A stretch of 64,000 nucleotides of DNA from Setoptus koraiensis (Eukaryota; Animalia; Arthropoda), in the NCBI GenBank assembly GCA_048013815.1, contig CM106585.1, positions 372,001 to 436,000 of the forward strand, given 5' to 3'. The notes under the pieces are model-generated. The model had not been told where the DNA came from, searched no databases, and was given only the letters and a program-made list of their open reading frames with translations. Positions 62,791 through 64,000 of this stretch are shown piece by piece. Position numbers and translations under genes: made by a program. Each line of letters starts with the position of its first letter. The stretch's first letter is position 1.

Positions 62791-64000
62791 ATGAAATTGT
62801 TCGAGGAACGTATTATACATTGTCATTTGAGCATAGCTCATAAGAAGGACTTTGCCGAAGAGGTGAGAGCTTTAATTGATGTCAAGAAATTTGTCTCGGA
62901 TTCGTTCATATTGATGAATGTCACCAAGACTCAAGTATCAGATATAATTGATTACATTCTGGAGAAATTGGTTAAATGTCGCTGTTTAAGCGATGATGTC
63001 TTCCATGAGGCACGCAATTTGATCTACGTAGAACCAAAAGATCAATTGTTGGCCAGCACCATGCAAGGCATCTATAAGAGTCGAATAGATGGACGTTTTG
63101 TTTATGATAACTCTTGGATATTGGCCACATGCAATTTGAGCACCTTAAACAAACGCCAGGTCGCTATAGCCCGTTTGCCTTATCCAGTTAATTTCGGTCG
63201 CTATAGTCAAGAGGTGCGCCTTATTATTATAATTTTGGTGCCAAGCAAGGAGAAACTAACTAAAAGTGCATGGGAAACAGGTCGAACATTTGCTACCATG
63301 TTCACAGATATTGATTTTAGACGTAAACTATTACGGGCCAAAAATCAAGAAGAATTCAAAATAGAGCTTCTAACTAGAGCGGAAACATTGGCTCAAATCA
63401 ATACGTCACCATCAACATCGGACAATCTTTCGTTAGATGTTGACACGGTATTAGAACAAAGCAACAGCAACAATGTGACAAATACTACAGTTGCCATTTG
63501 GAGTGGCAAAATCAGGGCCGGCTTCACTTCGTCATCGGTGAAAAAGAACAAATCAATCGGAAGCAGTGATAGCAACCGACAAAGCACAAGGGCCGGGTCT
63601 TACCGTATTGGCCACGGCCTTGTAAGCGACATAAGAAGGCGCCTCGATTTTTACACCAGCGACTTTCTTGATGGTGAGTGGCTCTTTGCCTCTTTGTGCA
63701 TTTTGCAGATTCTTATTGCAGCACTTTTCCCAATCGATTGTTTCTTCTCTTTAATTAATCTTTTTCCATTAACCGTCTCTTCCAATTTTCAAGGCATATT
63801 TGGACACAATACTCTGTACAAAACCATCTCCACCACTATATTCCTCTATTTCTCTGTATTATTGCCTTGTATTGCTTTTGGCGTTGTCGACACAAACAAC
63901 ACCGAGGGAATTATCGATCCAAAGAAGACAATGATTGGCCAGGCGGTTGGCGGCATGCTGTTTGCCATGTTTGGGGGCCAACCATTGGTTGTTGTTATGA
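62791..64000 (+). CDS. SLC4A11: SLC4A11-like borate/H+(OH-) transporter of the bicarbonate transporter family, 3'-truncated; exons 62791-63673 and 63794->64000
   Basis: The frame is open from ATG 62791 to the window end, so it is absent from the ORF track. KDFAEEVRA, SWILATC, EVRLIIIILVP.K.K.TKSAWETGRTFATMF.D..FRRKLL, then DIRRRLDFYTSDFLDG|IFG...TTIFLYFSVLLPCIAFG...TMIGQAVGGMLFAMFGGQPLVVV. Upstream exons are possible. Confidence 0.92.
   Translation, partial: MKLFEERIIHCHLSIAHKKDFAEEVRALIDVKKFVSDSFILMNVTKTQVSDIIDYILEKLVKCRCLSDDVFHEARNLIYVEPKDQLLASTMQGIYKSRIDGRFVYDNSWILATCNLSTLNKRQVAIARLPYPVNFGRYSQEVRLIIIILVPSKEKLTKSAWETGRTFATMFTDIDFRRKLLRAKNQEEFKIELLTRAETLAQINTSPSTSDNLSLDVDTVLEQSNSNNVTNTTVAIWSGKIRAGFTSSSVKKNKSIGSSDSNRQSTRAGSYRIGHGLVSDIRRRLDFYTSDFLDGEWLFASLCILQILIAALFPIDCFFSLINLFPLTVSSNFQGIFGHNTLYKTISTTIFLYFSVLLPCIAFGVVDTNNTEGIIDPKKTMIGQAVGGMLFAMFGGQPLVVVM

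Overview
Eukaryotic (animal) genomic DNA, gene-dense and intron-poor, with short GT-AG introns and many microsatellites. It most resembles a streamlined arthropod genome, probably a mite; the taxon is inferred, not shown by the sequence. Recognisable genes in order: malic enzyme (5'-truncated), MO25/CAB39, MALSU1 (-), single-minded (6 exons), a papain-family cathepsin broken by a nonsense codon plus a 119-bp relic duplicate, IST1, a NompA-like PAN/ZP protein, a ~14-kb gene-free GC- and repeat-rich block, Atrophin/RERE, DPH5, NADK2 (-), Gemin7 (-), a 705-bp near-perfect palindrome, AMACR, a large type-I membrane protein with PAN domains, and SLC4A11 (3'-truncated). No rRNA, tRNA, CRISPR array or transposase was recognised. 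The strongest oddities are: (1) the Gemin7 CDS overlaps the presequence-encoding start of NADK2 by 26 nt on the same strand; (2) the 332-bp-arm palindrome in the Gemin7/AMACR divergent interval; (3) a 120-nt stop-free in-frame intron in SLC4A11; (4) recurrent overlapping palindromes with single-base centres in non-coding DNA. All family assignments are from recall of conserved motifs; no database search was run.
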